Shown here in pieces: positions 1-9,150 of a stretch of 64,000 bases of DNA. The position numbers were made by a program, and so were the translations under genes. The notes under the pieces were generated by a model, which searched no databases, was not told the origin of the DNA, and saw only the letters and a list, made by a program, of their open reading frames with translations. This stretch comes from an uncultured archaeon (lineage in GTDB: Archaea > Aenigmatarchaeota > Aenigmatarchaeia > CG10238-14). The stretch is from positions 7,940-71,939 of the forward strand of contig CAYFYJ010000009.1 of the NCBI GenBank assembly GCA_964347415.1, given 5' to 3'. The stretch's first letter is position 1, and the number at the start of each line of letters is the position of its first letter.

Positions 1-3000
1 TGTCCAGCTTTCAGCATCTTGAGTCATCCAAACATTGATTGTTCCCTCACTACAACCGAACTTATACTCTCCATTGTTTTCACCGGGCTTACAGTATAGT
101 ATTTGATAACAACTACAGCCGTATGTTTCTGTTAAGTCCATATTTGAACTGTCGTAGTGGTTTGGTTTTAATTCAGTTTCAGTATACCAAGGAACTGTAT
201 CGAGACATTTATCCTCATAATCAAGAACTCCATCTTCATCTAAATCTTCCCAAAATGTGCTTATTCCAGTGAAAATAGTGAAATGCGTGATGTTTGCCCA
301 CACGTAATTCTCGATAGTATTGACACCGGAGTTTTGTATCAGGACCCAATCTGGAATCGTAGGATCCCAATAGTACATCATTAGTGTAGATTCATCCACG
401 ACTACTTTGCTCTCGTCGTAATAAATCTGTATGTAAGCCCAATCGATTGAACATTTGGGAGTTATGTTAACGAAAGAGGCTATTGTCAAGTTAGTTGCAA
501 TTGTAGAGGGATTTGATACATTTGATATGAATAATGTAATTGCTGTTGTTGTTTGAAGAGTAACATTTACAGCTAGAGTTGCGTTTGTGAAGTTTAATAT
601 TCGAGGAGCTGTGTAATTCAAAATAACTGTTCTGTTCGGCCCTCTTGTAGCCCAGCCAGCAGTATCCACACACTCAATAGTCCATATGAATGACCTGTTG
701 GTCAAATTAGTCATTTGGAAATTAACTGTTTGTGACAATCCTGACATATAAACTGTTTGAGTATAATCTGCCTGCCATGTTCCAGTATAATTGGTATACA
801 AATCAGCATAATTCAATCCGATATCATCTGTACAATTTGCTGTAAAGTTTAATGTGACATTCTGATTTGTATCGTCGTAGTAATTGTCCACTGGGCTAAT
901 CAACGTAATATTCGGGGAATTATCAGCCACAACAACACAAGGATAAGTACAACCTAGTGGAAGACCAGTGTCATTCCAACCGGAAGTTGGGCCACATGTA
1001 TTATCATCACCAGTGTTTGCATCAGCATCAAAAATATCCCAGATTGAATTAGAACAGAATCTGTTATTATACACAGTATTACCCGAGCTTCCACCATCGA
1101 AAAAGTACAGACCATCCCAAGCGTTGAAATCTGCAGTATTGTTAGTTATTAGGTTACCCGTCGAACTAACCCTGAGATAAATACCATCTTGCATGTTATT
1201 GTTTAGGGTGTTGTTTCTAAGCGTGTTACTGGATGAAGTGTATAGTTCTGTTCCAATCAAACATGAGGATACGGTATTATTCTCAACCAAGTTATTGTTT
1301 GAATATGTATCAAAACCAATACCCCACTTACACGAGGATATAGTGTTATTGGTTACATTATTCCATGATGATGTTTCCAACCATATACCAGTACCACTCG
1401 TTGTTCCTGTTCCCAATACGATGTTATTGTCTATTATGTTATTAAACGCTACTTGTAGATGGATTCCGCTTTCGAACTTCGAGATATTACAATTCTGTAT
1501 TGTAACGTTGTTAAAGGCTGGGTTTCTGATACCGGCTGATCCTGCTGTTCCGCTTCCAATTAGCATTCTTCCATTACAATCTAAAGTAATACCTGCTGCT
1601 CCTATATCCAACCCATCGCCTGTGCATGCTCCTGCGTTGAAATCAGAACTGTTTAGAGTACGACTTTGTGTGATAACATCTCCACATTGACATGGAGTTG
1701 AACCACCACAGAGTATTCTTGGGTAATTATTCAGTAGATTATTCAATCCATTTATACATACTGGTCCAAAGTAGAGGAATGTTAAATTCCTCATCAAATC
1801 TCCCCCAGTATCATCCCCCCTATACCAGTCGTTATAACTACAACCAAGATTACATACTGATCCACTTATACTGGTAAACCTGGGGCAACCTACATTATTA
1901 TCACAATTAGGACCATCTGGTGTAGCACCTCCTGAATTACCATAAACTTGATTATCAGTATATTCATCATGTAGATTTCCAAATGAGTGACCAAATTCAT
2001 GGACTGTTACTCTATCGCCACTACAATTTGATGAACAGCTTGTGTCGTCATCTGAGTAGGATATAGCAAATGAAGTTAAACCACCAGTCGCTCTTGTTCC
2101 GCTTCCTCCATAGTTATTGCTGTTTACGAGTACGATTATCTCATCTACTGGGCATTGTGTAGCTGTGAATAAAACAGCAGTGTTGTTACAAGTGATTAAT
2201 CTTGATACACCTCCAAAGTTATAGGAACATCCTAAGTTTCGTGATTCATTGACCCAATGAATGTTTATGTTACTCGAGCGGTTAATGAATGGTTGAAATG
2301 CCATGAGCGTGGCTTCATGCGTAGCGACATCTGCCGAAAATTTAGTTAGTTGAGCAGCCGTATAGTTATCTCCCACAAAGACTATGTCGAATGAAGTAGT
2401 AGATGGTCCACTGTTGCGTAATGCTTGACAGTTACTCCCTCCTTTATCAGAAAGGCTCGATACGTTTACGCTTAATGCTAAAGTATCATCTGGGTAATAT
2501 ATGTTAACCCAAGCTACGTTTTCAAAGTAGGGAGTGACTAATGTGAAATCGGTTTCATCCAATTCAATAAAACCACCAGAAAGAATACCGTCAACACCTG
2601 GTATATCGTATTGCAAGATGTTAGGAACATCAAAAGTAAATGCGTATAAGGTTTTTTCTGTTTCACTGACAACTTTGGCCTTATAGCCTTCTTCTGGCTG
2701 TATTCTCCTGTCTGGAGCAAATCCTGATTTCTTATATTTATCTAGCACAGAGAAAGAGCCAGTATCATAGTTTAACTCTAACATGATTATCTTGTCTTCA
2801 ACAACGACTGTCATAGTATCGCTATCTTTTTCTCCTGCATCATCAGTCACAGTTAAAGTAACAACGTATAAATCAGAGTGAGAGTAAGTGTGGCTTGGAT
2901 TTACTTCAGTTCCAGATGTTGGGTTATAATGATCGCCAAAGTCCCATTCGTATGAAACTATAGTTCCATCCAAATCATAGGATCCACTCCCATCAAAAAT

Positions 3001-3348
3001 TACAGTTTCTCCAAGAAGGATGGTTTGATCGGAACCAGCTTCAGCAATAGGTGGCTTATTATCACAAGCATCACCGATTCCATCACCGTCAGAATCTTCC
3101 TGATCTGGGTTATAATCGTAAGGGCAGTTGTCACATGCATCACCACAATGTGGATCTTCCATATAAGGTGGGATGAAGAAAGAACAATCACCATCTCCAT
3201 CCAATTGATCGAAATTAGAGGCGTTCCAGCAATTGTCAAGTTCATCGTCTATAGTATCTCCGTCAGAATCTATAGCACTGATAATATTAACAGTGGTTAA
3301 ACTGAACAAAGTTATCAAGAATAAGAAAATACTTATTTTTTTATTAAT
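1..3348 (-). CDS. Secreted multidomain surface protein, 3' end cut by window edge (at least 1116 codons): signal peptide, thrombospondin-type-3-like Ca-binding Asp repeats, PKD domain, M64-like zinc metallopeptidase, parallel beta-helix repeats, sequon-rich C-terminal region
   Basis: My own minus-strand translation gives one open frame from 3348 to 1. It is absent from the ORF track because it has no in-window stop and no ATG/GTG/TTG at its 5' end. N-terminus KKISIFLFLITLFSLTTVNIISA looks like a signal peptide. DSDGDTIDDELDNC and DQEDSDGDGIGDACD repeats (~3058-3270). PKD-like YEWDFGD..HTYSHSDLYVVTLTVTDDAGE (~2791-3054). HEFGHSFGNLHDEY at 1960-2001 within an M64-like region (~1790-2400). NNxIxxN beta-helix repeats (~1045-1600). 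Dense N-x-S/T sequons at ~300-1000. The 5' boundary is uncertain (ATT at 3348-3346 proposed). Confidence 0.8.
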   Translation of the reverse strand, partial: MNKKISIFLFLITLFSLTTVNIISAIDSDGDTIDDELDNCWNASNFDQLDGDGDCSFFIPPYMEDPHCGDACDNCPYDYNPDQEDSDGDGIGDACDNKPPIAEAGSDQTILLGETVIFDGSGSYDLDGTIVSYEWDFGDHYNPTSGTEVNPSHTYSHSDLYVVTLTVTDDAGEKDSDTMTVVVEDKIIMLELNYDTGSFSVLDKYKKSGFAPDRRIQPEEGYKAKVVSETEKTLYAFTFDVPNILQYDIPGVDGILSGGFIELDETDFTLVTPYFENVAWVNIYYPDDTLALSVNVSSLSDKGGSNCQALRNSGPSTTSFDIVFVGDNYTAAQLTKFSADVATHEATLMAFQPFINRSSNINIHWVNESRNLGCSYNFGGVSRLITCNNTAVLFTATQCPVDEIIVLVNSNNYGGSGTRATGGLTSFAISYSDDDTSCSSNCSGDRVTVHEFGHSFGNLHDEYTDNQVYGNSGGATPDGPNCDNNVGCPRFTSISGSVCNLGCSYNDWYRGDDTGGDLMRNLTFLYFGPVCINGLNNLLNNYPRILCGGSTPCQCGDVITQSRTLNSSDFNAGACTGDGLDIGAAGITLDCNGRMLIGSGTAGSAGIRNPAFNNVTIQNCNISKFESGIHLQVAFNNIIDNNIVLGTGTTSGTGIWLETSSWNNVTNNTISSCKWGIGFDTYSNNNLVENNTVSSCLIGTELYTSSSNTLRNNTLNNNMQDGIYLRVSSTGNLITNNTADFNAWDGLYFFDGGSSGNTVYNNRFCSNSIWDIFDADANTGDDNTCGPTSGWNDTGLPLGCTYPCVVVADNSPNITLISPVDNYYDDTNQNVTLNFTANCTDDIGLNYADLYTNYTGTWQADYTQTVYMSGLSQTVNFQMTNLTNRSFIWTIECVDTAGWATRGPNRTVILNYTAPRILNFTNATLAVNVTLQTTTAITLFISNVSNPSTIATNLTIASFVNITPKCSIDWAYIQIYYDESKVVVDESTLMMYYWDPTIPDWVLIQNSGVNTIENYVWANITHFTIFTGISTFWEDLDEDGVLDYEDKCLDTVPWYTETELKPNHYDSSNMDLTETYGCSCYQILYCKPGENNGEYKFGCSEGTINVWMTQDAESWT

Positions 3349-3467
3349 ATCAACTACCCCCTCAAAGGCCTGTATTATCTTTCAAATATTCAATTATTTA
3401 TTAATGTCCGCCTTCTATCAGATAGAAAAAGAGTTAATAATCCTTGATAGATAGAATAATCGAATTA

Positions 3468-6335
3468 TTATCCCCAGAACCTCTTCGTCCTTATGAACTG
3501 TCTCTCAGCATCCAACAAAGCCTTAACAAAATCTTTTTTTGTTCTGTACATCCCTCTCAAGATTCTAATCGCAGTCTTCGGCCCAATCCCACGAACAGCC
3601 AAAGCTTTCACAGCTCTTGGTCCATAAACAATAACTAAATCAGAAGTTTTCTCAATCCTATCAAACTTTCTCATCTCTTCAGTCGTTAATCCTTTCTCAT
3701 CAAGTTTCTTTTTTATTATGTGTTGATATTCGGTCTGGGTCGGTCCAACAACTCCAATCAATTTCGCCTTACACTTTCCACATCTTATTTCCTTTGGCAA
3801 GTCTTTAACACGAAAAGTCCTAGTCCAATCCCCACAATTCAAACAAATCAATCTCACTCTTTTCTCGTTCAACCTTTTTTCGAAAATATCCAACACTTGT
3901 AAGTCAGGCTTCTCAGGCCCGATCAACTCAACTCTCTTCTTGATACCCAACTTTCCTATGGGCGATAATCCTTCTTTAAAAATGACAGCAATCTCTTTCT
4001 TCTGTATCTTTTTCAAGAACCCCTTAACAACTTCAACATCCAACTTATCAGTCTTTATCTCTCTCAATGTCTCTTCCCATACAGGTGTTTTTCGATACAG
4101 ATCAATTATCCTGCTCAACCACCTCTGTCCGTATTCGGCATTCTTCCTTATAACACCAAACCTTTTAGCGACGTGAATAAACCTCCACTGGAACAAACGA
4201 GAATTAGACAAATTCAATTCGAGTAATCCTTCAACATGTTCAGGTTTAGTTTTAAACAACGCATCCTCAATCAAATCATTATTCATTATCTGTAATTGTA
4301 AGATGATACGATAAGGATCAGTCTTTAAACCAACAGAACCTATTTTAGCAGCAAGGGTAGTCGACAACATCCGACCAAGTGTCTCGTTTCCTTTTGTTCC
4401 GAGACAAGTGTGTATAACCATAAGATTGTCCTGAGTTTCTATCAAAACTTTCTTATCTGTCGGAACGATACCATACTTAATTTGTTTCTTTACTACATCA
4501 ACCATTTTCTTAGCAGAATTCTGATCAACAGGATATTTTTTCTTGATTTCTTCTATCACTTCTGGTTTACTGGACTTGAATATATTGTCAGAGACAAACC
4601 TTCTGATAGAACCAACTTCCTGAGCAACTTCAAAAGGAACAGGCATCAAATCCCCTTCCCATCCTGGTACTGCTGCGTCAATATCTCCAGATGGTTCAAC
4701 GAATATCCTCCTTCCATCTATCGTAACAATTCGCCAAGGCTCTCCTTTGATGATAAACGTTACTCCTTCATGGGCATGTAGAGCTACAAACTCTTCGTCT
4801 AATCTTCCAACTTTTTGGTCGGCAATAGTGTTGATAACAAAATAACTTTTGGTATCAGGAATCGTACTCAAATTCTCAAAATAATACAACAAACCATTCC
4901 TGGAAGATTTTATTGTATCGTCTTCGTTCAAGAAAATGAAATGTAAGTTGTTCAATTGCCTACAAACTGATATGAATTCCTTTTTAGTCAAATTCTTGTA
5001 AGGATATGCCCTTTTAATTATTTTGTAGACTTCATTGTAATCGATTCTGTACTTATCCCTTGTTATTCCAACGATTTGATGAGCTAGAACATCGAATGCG
5101 TTCAGATGCATCTTCATGGGTTCTAAATTATCAGAGATTCCTTGTCTGGCTATGACTGCTGATTCGAACGTATCGTCAACATCCGTGGAAATTATAATCC
5201 CGTCCGATACCCTTCCCAATTCATGACCTGATCTACCAACTCTTTGTATGGCTTTAGAAGTTTGTCTCGGGCTCATGTATTGTATTATAAAATCTATGGA
5301 ACCGATGTCTATTCCCAATTCCAGAGAAGACGTGCAAACAATACTCTTCAATTTTTGATCCTTGAAATTATTCTCTGCTTTAATCCTAACCTCTTTACTT
5401 AAACTAGAATGATGATTCTCGACAGGGAATTTTGGATAGGCCTGTTTCAATCTTGAAGTCAAAATTTCTGCAAAGTCTCTGGTGTTAGTAAAAGTTAGAG
5501 TTGAAGTATGATTCTTGATTAAATCGTGAACCGTTCTCAGCCTGGCTGCTGTCAATCTGTTAGTAAAAACTGTTTCAGCCAAACTCACATCAGAAGGAAT
5601 AGGTTTAGGGTTGATAACTTCGATCTTTATCTCTTTTGTCTCGATAGCTTTAACTATTTCCATTGGTTTCCCGCCAGAAATAAAATTAACGACTTTTTCA
5701 GGAGACCCAATGGTTGCGGATAAAGAAATGATCTGAAAGTCACCACACAACTCTCTCAATCTTTCCAATCCTATAGTTAACTGTGTTCCACGTTTTGAAG
5801 ATGCCAATTCATGAACTTCATCGACAATAACAAACTTAACGTTCTTCAGATGTTGTCCCATTTTTTTAGCAGGTAATATCGCTTGTAGTGTTTCTGGAGT
5901 CGTTATCAAACAATCAGGAGGAACTTCGGCCTGCATCTTTCTCGCGTATTGAGATGTGTCGCCATGTCTGACAGAAATATCTATATCCAATTTATTGCCC
6001 CACCACAACAAACGCTTTAACATATCTCGATTAAGACTCTTGAGAGGTGTTATGTACAGAATACTTATCGGTTTAGGTTTTTTCTTTATCCATTCATCGA
6101 ATATCGGGAGCATGGCACTCTCTGTCTTTCCCACACCTGTCGGGGCAATCAACAGAACGTTCTTACCAGAAATGATCGGTGGTATCCCTAATTTTTGGAC
6201 TAATGTAGGCTCTTTAAAACCCCTCTTCTTGACAACTTCTTGTAATTTTTCGCTCAGAAGTTTAAAAACCATAGAATTACCTCTAAACACGGCAGGAGTA
6301 TAGTGATATGTCGTTGAGACATAAACGTAAGACAA
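3468..6335 (-). CDS. lhr: Lhr-type superfamily-2 ATP-dependent helicase
   Basis: 955-aa ORF. Walker A APTGVGKT, DEVHE box, SAT (LSATIG), motif VI QRVGRSGH. Long DEAD-associated C-terminal region ending in a Zn ribbon (CLNCG..CGKCK) and an HhH-like tail. Confidence 0.85.
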   Translation of the reverse strand: MSYVYVSTTYHYTPAVFRGNSMVFKLLSEKLQEVVKKRGFKEPTLVQKLGIPPIISGKNVLLIAPTGVGKTESAMLPIFDEWIKKKPKPISILYITPLKSLNRDMLKRLLWWGNKLDIDISVRHGDTSQYARKMQAEVPPDCLITTPETLQAILPAKKMGQHLKNVKFVIVDEVHELASSKRGTQLTIGLERLRELCGDFQIISLSATIGSPEKVVNFISGGKPMEIVKAIETKEIKIEVINPKPIPSDVSLAETVFTNRLTAARLRTVHDLIKNHTSTLTFTNTRDFAEILTSRLKQAYPKFPVENHHSSLSKEVRIKAENNFKDQKLKSIVCTSSLELGIDIGSIDFIIQYMSPRQTSKAIQRVGRSGHELGRVSDGIIISTDVDDTFESAVIARQGISDNLEPMKMHLNAFDVLAHQIVGITRDKYRIDYNEVYKIIKRAYPYKNLTKKEFISVCRQLNNLHFIFLNEDDTIKSSRNGLLYYFENLSTIPDTKSYFVINTIADQKVGRLDEEFVALHAHEGVTFIIKGEPWRIVTIDGRRIFVEPSGDIDAAVPGWEGDLMPVPFEVAQEVGSIRRFVSDNIFKSSKPEVIEEIKKKYPVDQNSAKKMVDVVKKQIKYGIVPTDKKVLIETQDNLMVIHTCLGTKGNETLGRMLSTTLAAKIGSVGLKTDPYRIILQLQIMNNDLIEDALFKTKPEHVEGLLELNLSNSRLFQWRFIHVAKRFGVIRKNAEYGQRWLSRIIDLYRKTPVWEETLREIKTDKLDVEVVKGFLKKIQKKEIAVIFKEGLSPIGKLGIKKRVELIGPEKPDLQVLDIFEKRLNEKRVRLICLNCGDWTRTFRVKDLPKEIRCGKCKAKLIGVVGPTQTEYQHIIKKKLDEKGLTTEEMRKFDRIEKTSDLVIVYGPRAVKALAVRGIGPKTAIRILRGMYRTKKDFVKALLDAERQFIRTKRFWG

Positions 6336-6368
6336 TGGAAAAATGTTAGAACAACTTAATAAAGTTTA

Positions 6369-7763
6369 CTATCTTCGATCAGCGATTGCACTTACGGTTT
6401 TTTTGACCTTGAAAAACGTTTGTCTAGGATATCTAATTAATTGATAAGGATTCACGTTCAGAGATATTACTGCCAATTTGTGTAAAATTTCTATTTGTCT
6501 TTTACTCATTCTATTATCTTCGGTTATGCAAGTCGTTAAGGTATAATCGCTCCAATTTTTACTCAATTTTTCACCTCTACGTAATCGTTCTTCAAAATCA
6601 ATCGTATCAGGTAATGGTTGATATATTGTAACCTGAACACCCATCGATTTAAAGCAACGAGCCATAGTCTTGATTACAGTAAATGGATCATCATAAGGAC
6701 CTATTATAAAACTCGTGAGGACAGGTACATCTAGTTTATGACACAATTTAAGGGCTTTGTCAATTTGTTCAGATGTTTCTTGTTTGTTGTATCTCTTCAA
6801 TATCCAATCTTCTCTGTTTTCAACACCCATATAAAGCATCCTGAGTCCAGCGTCAATAAGTTTTCTAAGAAAATTTTCACCACCCCTACAGATAGCATCT
6901 GCTCTTCCTCCACAATATAGACCTATATCAATTCTTCTTTCCTTTATTTCATCACAGATCCTTTCCACTCTCTTTATGTTTGCTAATGCATTGTCATCCG
7001 CAATAAACATTTCATTCACTCCGAAGTTTTCTATTTGCCACTCCATTTCATCCACAACATTACCTGGAGATCTTTCTCTGTATGGTCTATATTTTCTTTT
7101 TCTCTCTCGTTCAGGTTGACAAAAACGACAATTATTTGGACAGTGTCTTGTAGTTATCATGGATCCACGACCTTCTGAGAAAAGATAAAACTCTGTTGGG
7201 CATGGTTCCCAATCGGGAAAGGGTATACTATCTAAATTTTCAACTGGTCTTTGCCATTCGTTATGTACGATTTCCCCATTATTTCTATAACTGATACCCC
7301 GTATTCCTGATAAATTCCTGCCTGTAGTGTAAGCATCGATTAGAGCAGTGAATTGAATTTCCGATTCACCTCTTGTTACTATATCAAAACCATTTTCTAA
7401 TCCTTCCTCAGGAAATCTAGTTAGGTGGTAGTTTCCACCTATGACAGTCGCATCTAGATTTTTTTTAAGTAATTTAGCAAAACGATAACAATCTTCCGCA
7501 ATCCCGGTTAATAACCCCATGCCGACGATATCGGGATCAAACCTTTCTATTCTTCTAAGGGTCTGTCGAGGAGTTAAACCTTCTAATCTAGCTTCTATTA
7601 CTTTGTAATCAACACTTGTATCTCCATAGGCCTTTTGATATGACATCAGATATCCTAATGGGAAGTTTGGCACGCCCTTGCCACGTTCCGTCGTAAACCT
7701 TTCTGCAAAAGTTACTCCACCATAAGTAGGGGGTGTTGTTAAAACAACCTTTAAATCTGACAT
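6369..7763 (-). CDS. B12-binding-domain radical SAM enzyme
   Basis: 464-aa ORF. N-terminal cobalamin-binding-like Rossmann region (DIVGMGLLTG). CPNNCRFCQP is the CxxxCxxC radical SAM cluster motif. Confidence 0.8.
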   Translation of the reverse strand: MSDLKVVLTTPPTYGGVTFAERFTTERGKGVPNFPLGYLMSYQKAYGDTSVDYKVIEARLEGLTPRQTLRRIERFDPDIVGMGLLTGIAEDCYRFAKLLKKNLDATVIGGNYHLTRFPEEGLENGFDIVTRGESEIQFTALIDAYTTGRNLSGIRGISYRNNGEIVHNEWQRPVENLDSIPFPDWEPCPTEFYLFSEGRGSMITTRHCPNNCRFCQPERERKRKYRPYRERSPGNVVDEMEWQIENFGVNEMFIADDNALANIKRVERICDEIKERRIDIGLYCGGRADAICRGGENFLRKLIDAGLRMLYMGVENREDWILKRYNKQETSEQIDKALKLCHKLDVPVLTSFIIGPYDDPFTVIKTMARCFKSMGVQVTIYQPLPDTIDFEERLRRGEKLSKNWSDYTLTTCITEDNRMSKRQIEILHKLAVISLNVNPYQLIRYPRQTFFKVKKTVSAIADRR

Positions 7764-7838
7764 ACCATTATCTAAAGATAGTAAATTTTAAATAGGGAAT
7801 GATAAGCCCGAAGTTAATAATTTTATCTTTAAGACTAT

Positions 7839-8489
7839 ATGAATATCATGAAGCGGGTCATTGATAGACTGATTGAATTCTTGAAAGAAAGATACGGAAA
7901 AAGAATTCGAAAGGTTGCCAAGAATAATCGAGAAGTCTTTAGAGTTCTGATAACAACTATACTTTCTCAAAGAACTAGGGATGAGAACACTGAGAGAGTC
8001 GCTTCTGCTTTATTTTCAAAGGCTAACACTCCTGAGAAAATATTGAAATTATCCACAAAACAATTGCAAAAATTAATAAAACCTTCAGGTCCATTCAGGC
8101 AGAAAGCCAAAAGAATAAAAGCAGTCAGTAAAATCATCTTAGAAAAATACAAAGGAAAAGTCCCTAAAACCAGAGAAGAACTAATAGAATTACCTGGGGT
8201 TGGTTTCAAGACTGCTGATGTTGTTCTAATGTACGGGCATGGTATTCCTAGCATAGCAATAGATACTCATTGTAATAGAGTTCCTAAGAGGATTGGTTTA
8301 GTTGAACAAAATGCAAATGTTGAAGGAGTGAAATCCATGTTAGAGAATCTAATTCCGAAAAAAGATTGGTACATCGTTAATATGGGTCTGGTTCAGTTTG
8401 GAAAAGAGATTTGCCGGCCAATTAACCCAAAGTGTGATGCCTGTCCAATATCAAAATATTGTAGATATTATCAGAAATTTAAGAAATAA
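7839..8489 (+). CDS. nth: Endonuclease III (HhH-GPD DNA glycosylase/AP lyase)
   Basis: LITTILSQRTRD, helix-hairpin-helix ELPGVGFKTADVVL, C-terminal 4Fe-4S motif CRPINPKCDACPISKYC. Confidence 0.9.
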   Translation: MNIMKRVIDRLIEFLKERYGKRIRKVAKNNREVFRVLITTILSQRTRDENTERVASALFSKANTPEKILKLSTKQLQKLIKPSGPFRQKAKRIKAVSKIILEKYKGKVPKTREELIELPGVGFKTADVVLMYGHGIPSIAIDTHCNRVPKRIGLVEQNANVEGVKSMLENLIPKKDWYIVNMGLVQFGKEICRPINPKCDACPISKYCRYYQKFKK

Positions 8490-9150
8490 CAGTTCCATGG
8501 TGCTTTCCTTCTACTGCTCTTATTATTTCTTCAGGATCATTACCATCAATAAAAATAGTCTTAATCTTAATTTTGTTAATCAGTTTTGTCGCTTTTAAAT
8601 CAAACAATCTATATTCTCCTGGTGTTTGGGGGTTTTGTAAGATGATTTTTAAGAATGCATCATGAGTTAATTTATCATATTTCTTGGCATTTGAATCTAT
8701 ATCAGGATCGGTCGAATAAACCCCGTCTATGTCCGAGGCTTTGATGAGTAAATCGGCCTTGACCGCCTCAGCAAAAAGAGCAGCATCATATCCTGTAGAA
8801 CAACCAGGCAAGTTACCACCACAAACTATTATCTTATCATTAAAGTTCTTCTTGACTTGTCCTGCGGTCCTTAAACTCAGCTGATGGGCATCTTTACCTA
8901 AGGCAGCGATCAAAGTGAAAGCATTCAGATGACTTGATTCTATACCGACCCAATCTTGTACGATAATATCTCCACCTACTCTTTTAACAACGTCTCTGTA
9001 TTGTCTACAAACTCTTCCACCGCCACAAACTACTACTAATTTATGACCTTTCTTCTTCAACTTCTTCAAGACATCAGCATACTTCTTGAAGTTTTCAGGA
9101 GTCAATTCTCTCGTCAGCAATGAGCCGCCCAATGAAATTACAATTTTCAT
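8479..9150 (-). CDS. pyrH: UMP kinase, archaeal type
   Basis: MKIVISLGGS.., VVCGGG, amino-acid-kinase fold of ~223 aa. The 3' end overlaps nth convergently by 11 nt. Confidence 0.9.
   Translation of the reverse strand: MKIVISLGGSLLTRELTPENFKKYADVLKKLKKKGHKLVVVCGGGRVCRQYRDVVKRVGGDIIVQDWVGIESSHLNAFTLIAALGKDAHQLSLRTAGQVKKNFNDKIIVCGGNLPGCSTGYDAALFAEAVKADLLIKASDIDGVYSTDPDIDSNAKKYDKLTHDAFLKIILQNPQTPGEYRLFDLKATKLINKIKIKTIFIDGNDPEEIIRAVEGKHHGTVIS

Noticed and set aside
39-3300. Many short track ORFs on both strands (for example 39-272, 968-1180, 1193-1690, 1692-1877, 3000-3245, 3025-3300).
   Set aside because: All lie inside the single 1116-codon minus-strand frame, which has clear domain content. 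They are alternative-frame or antisense shadows.
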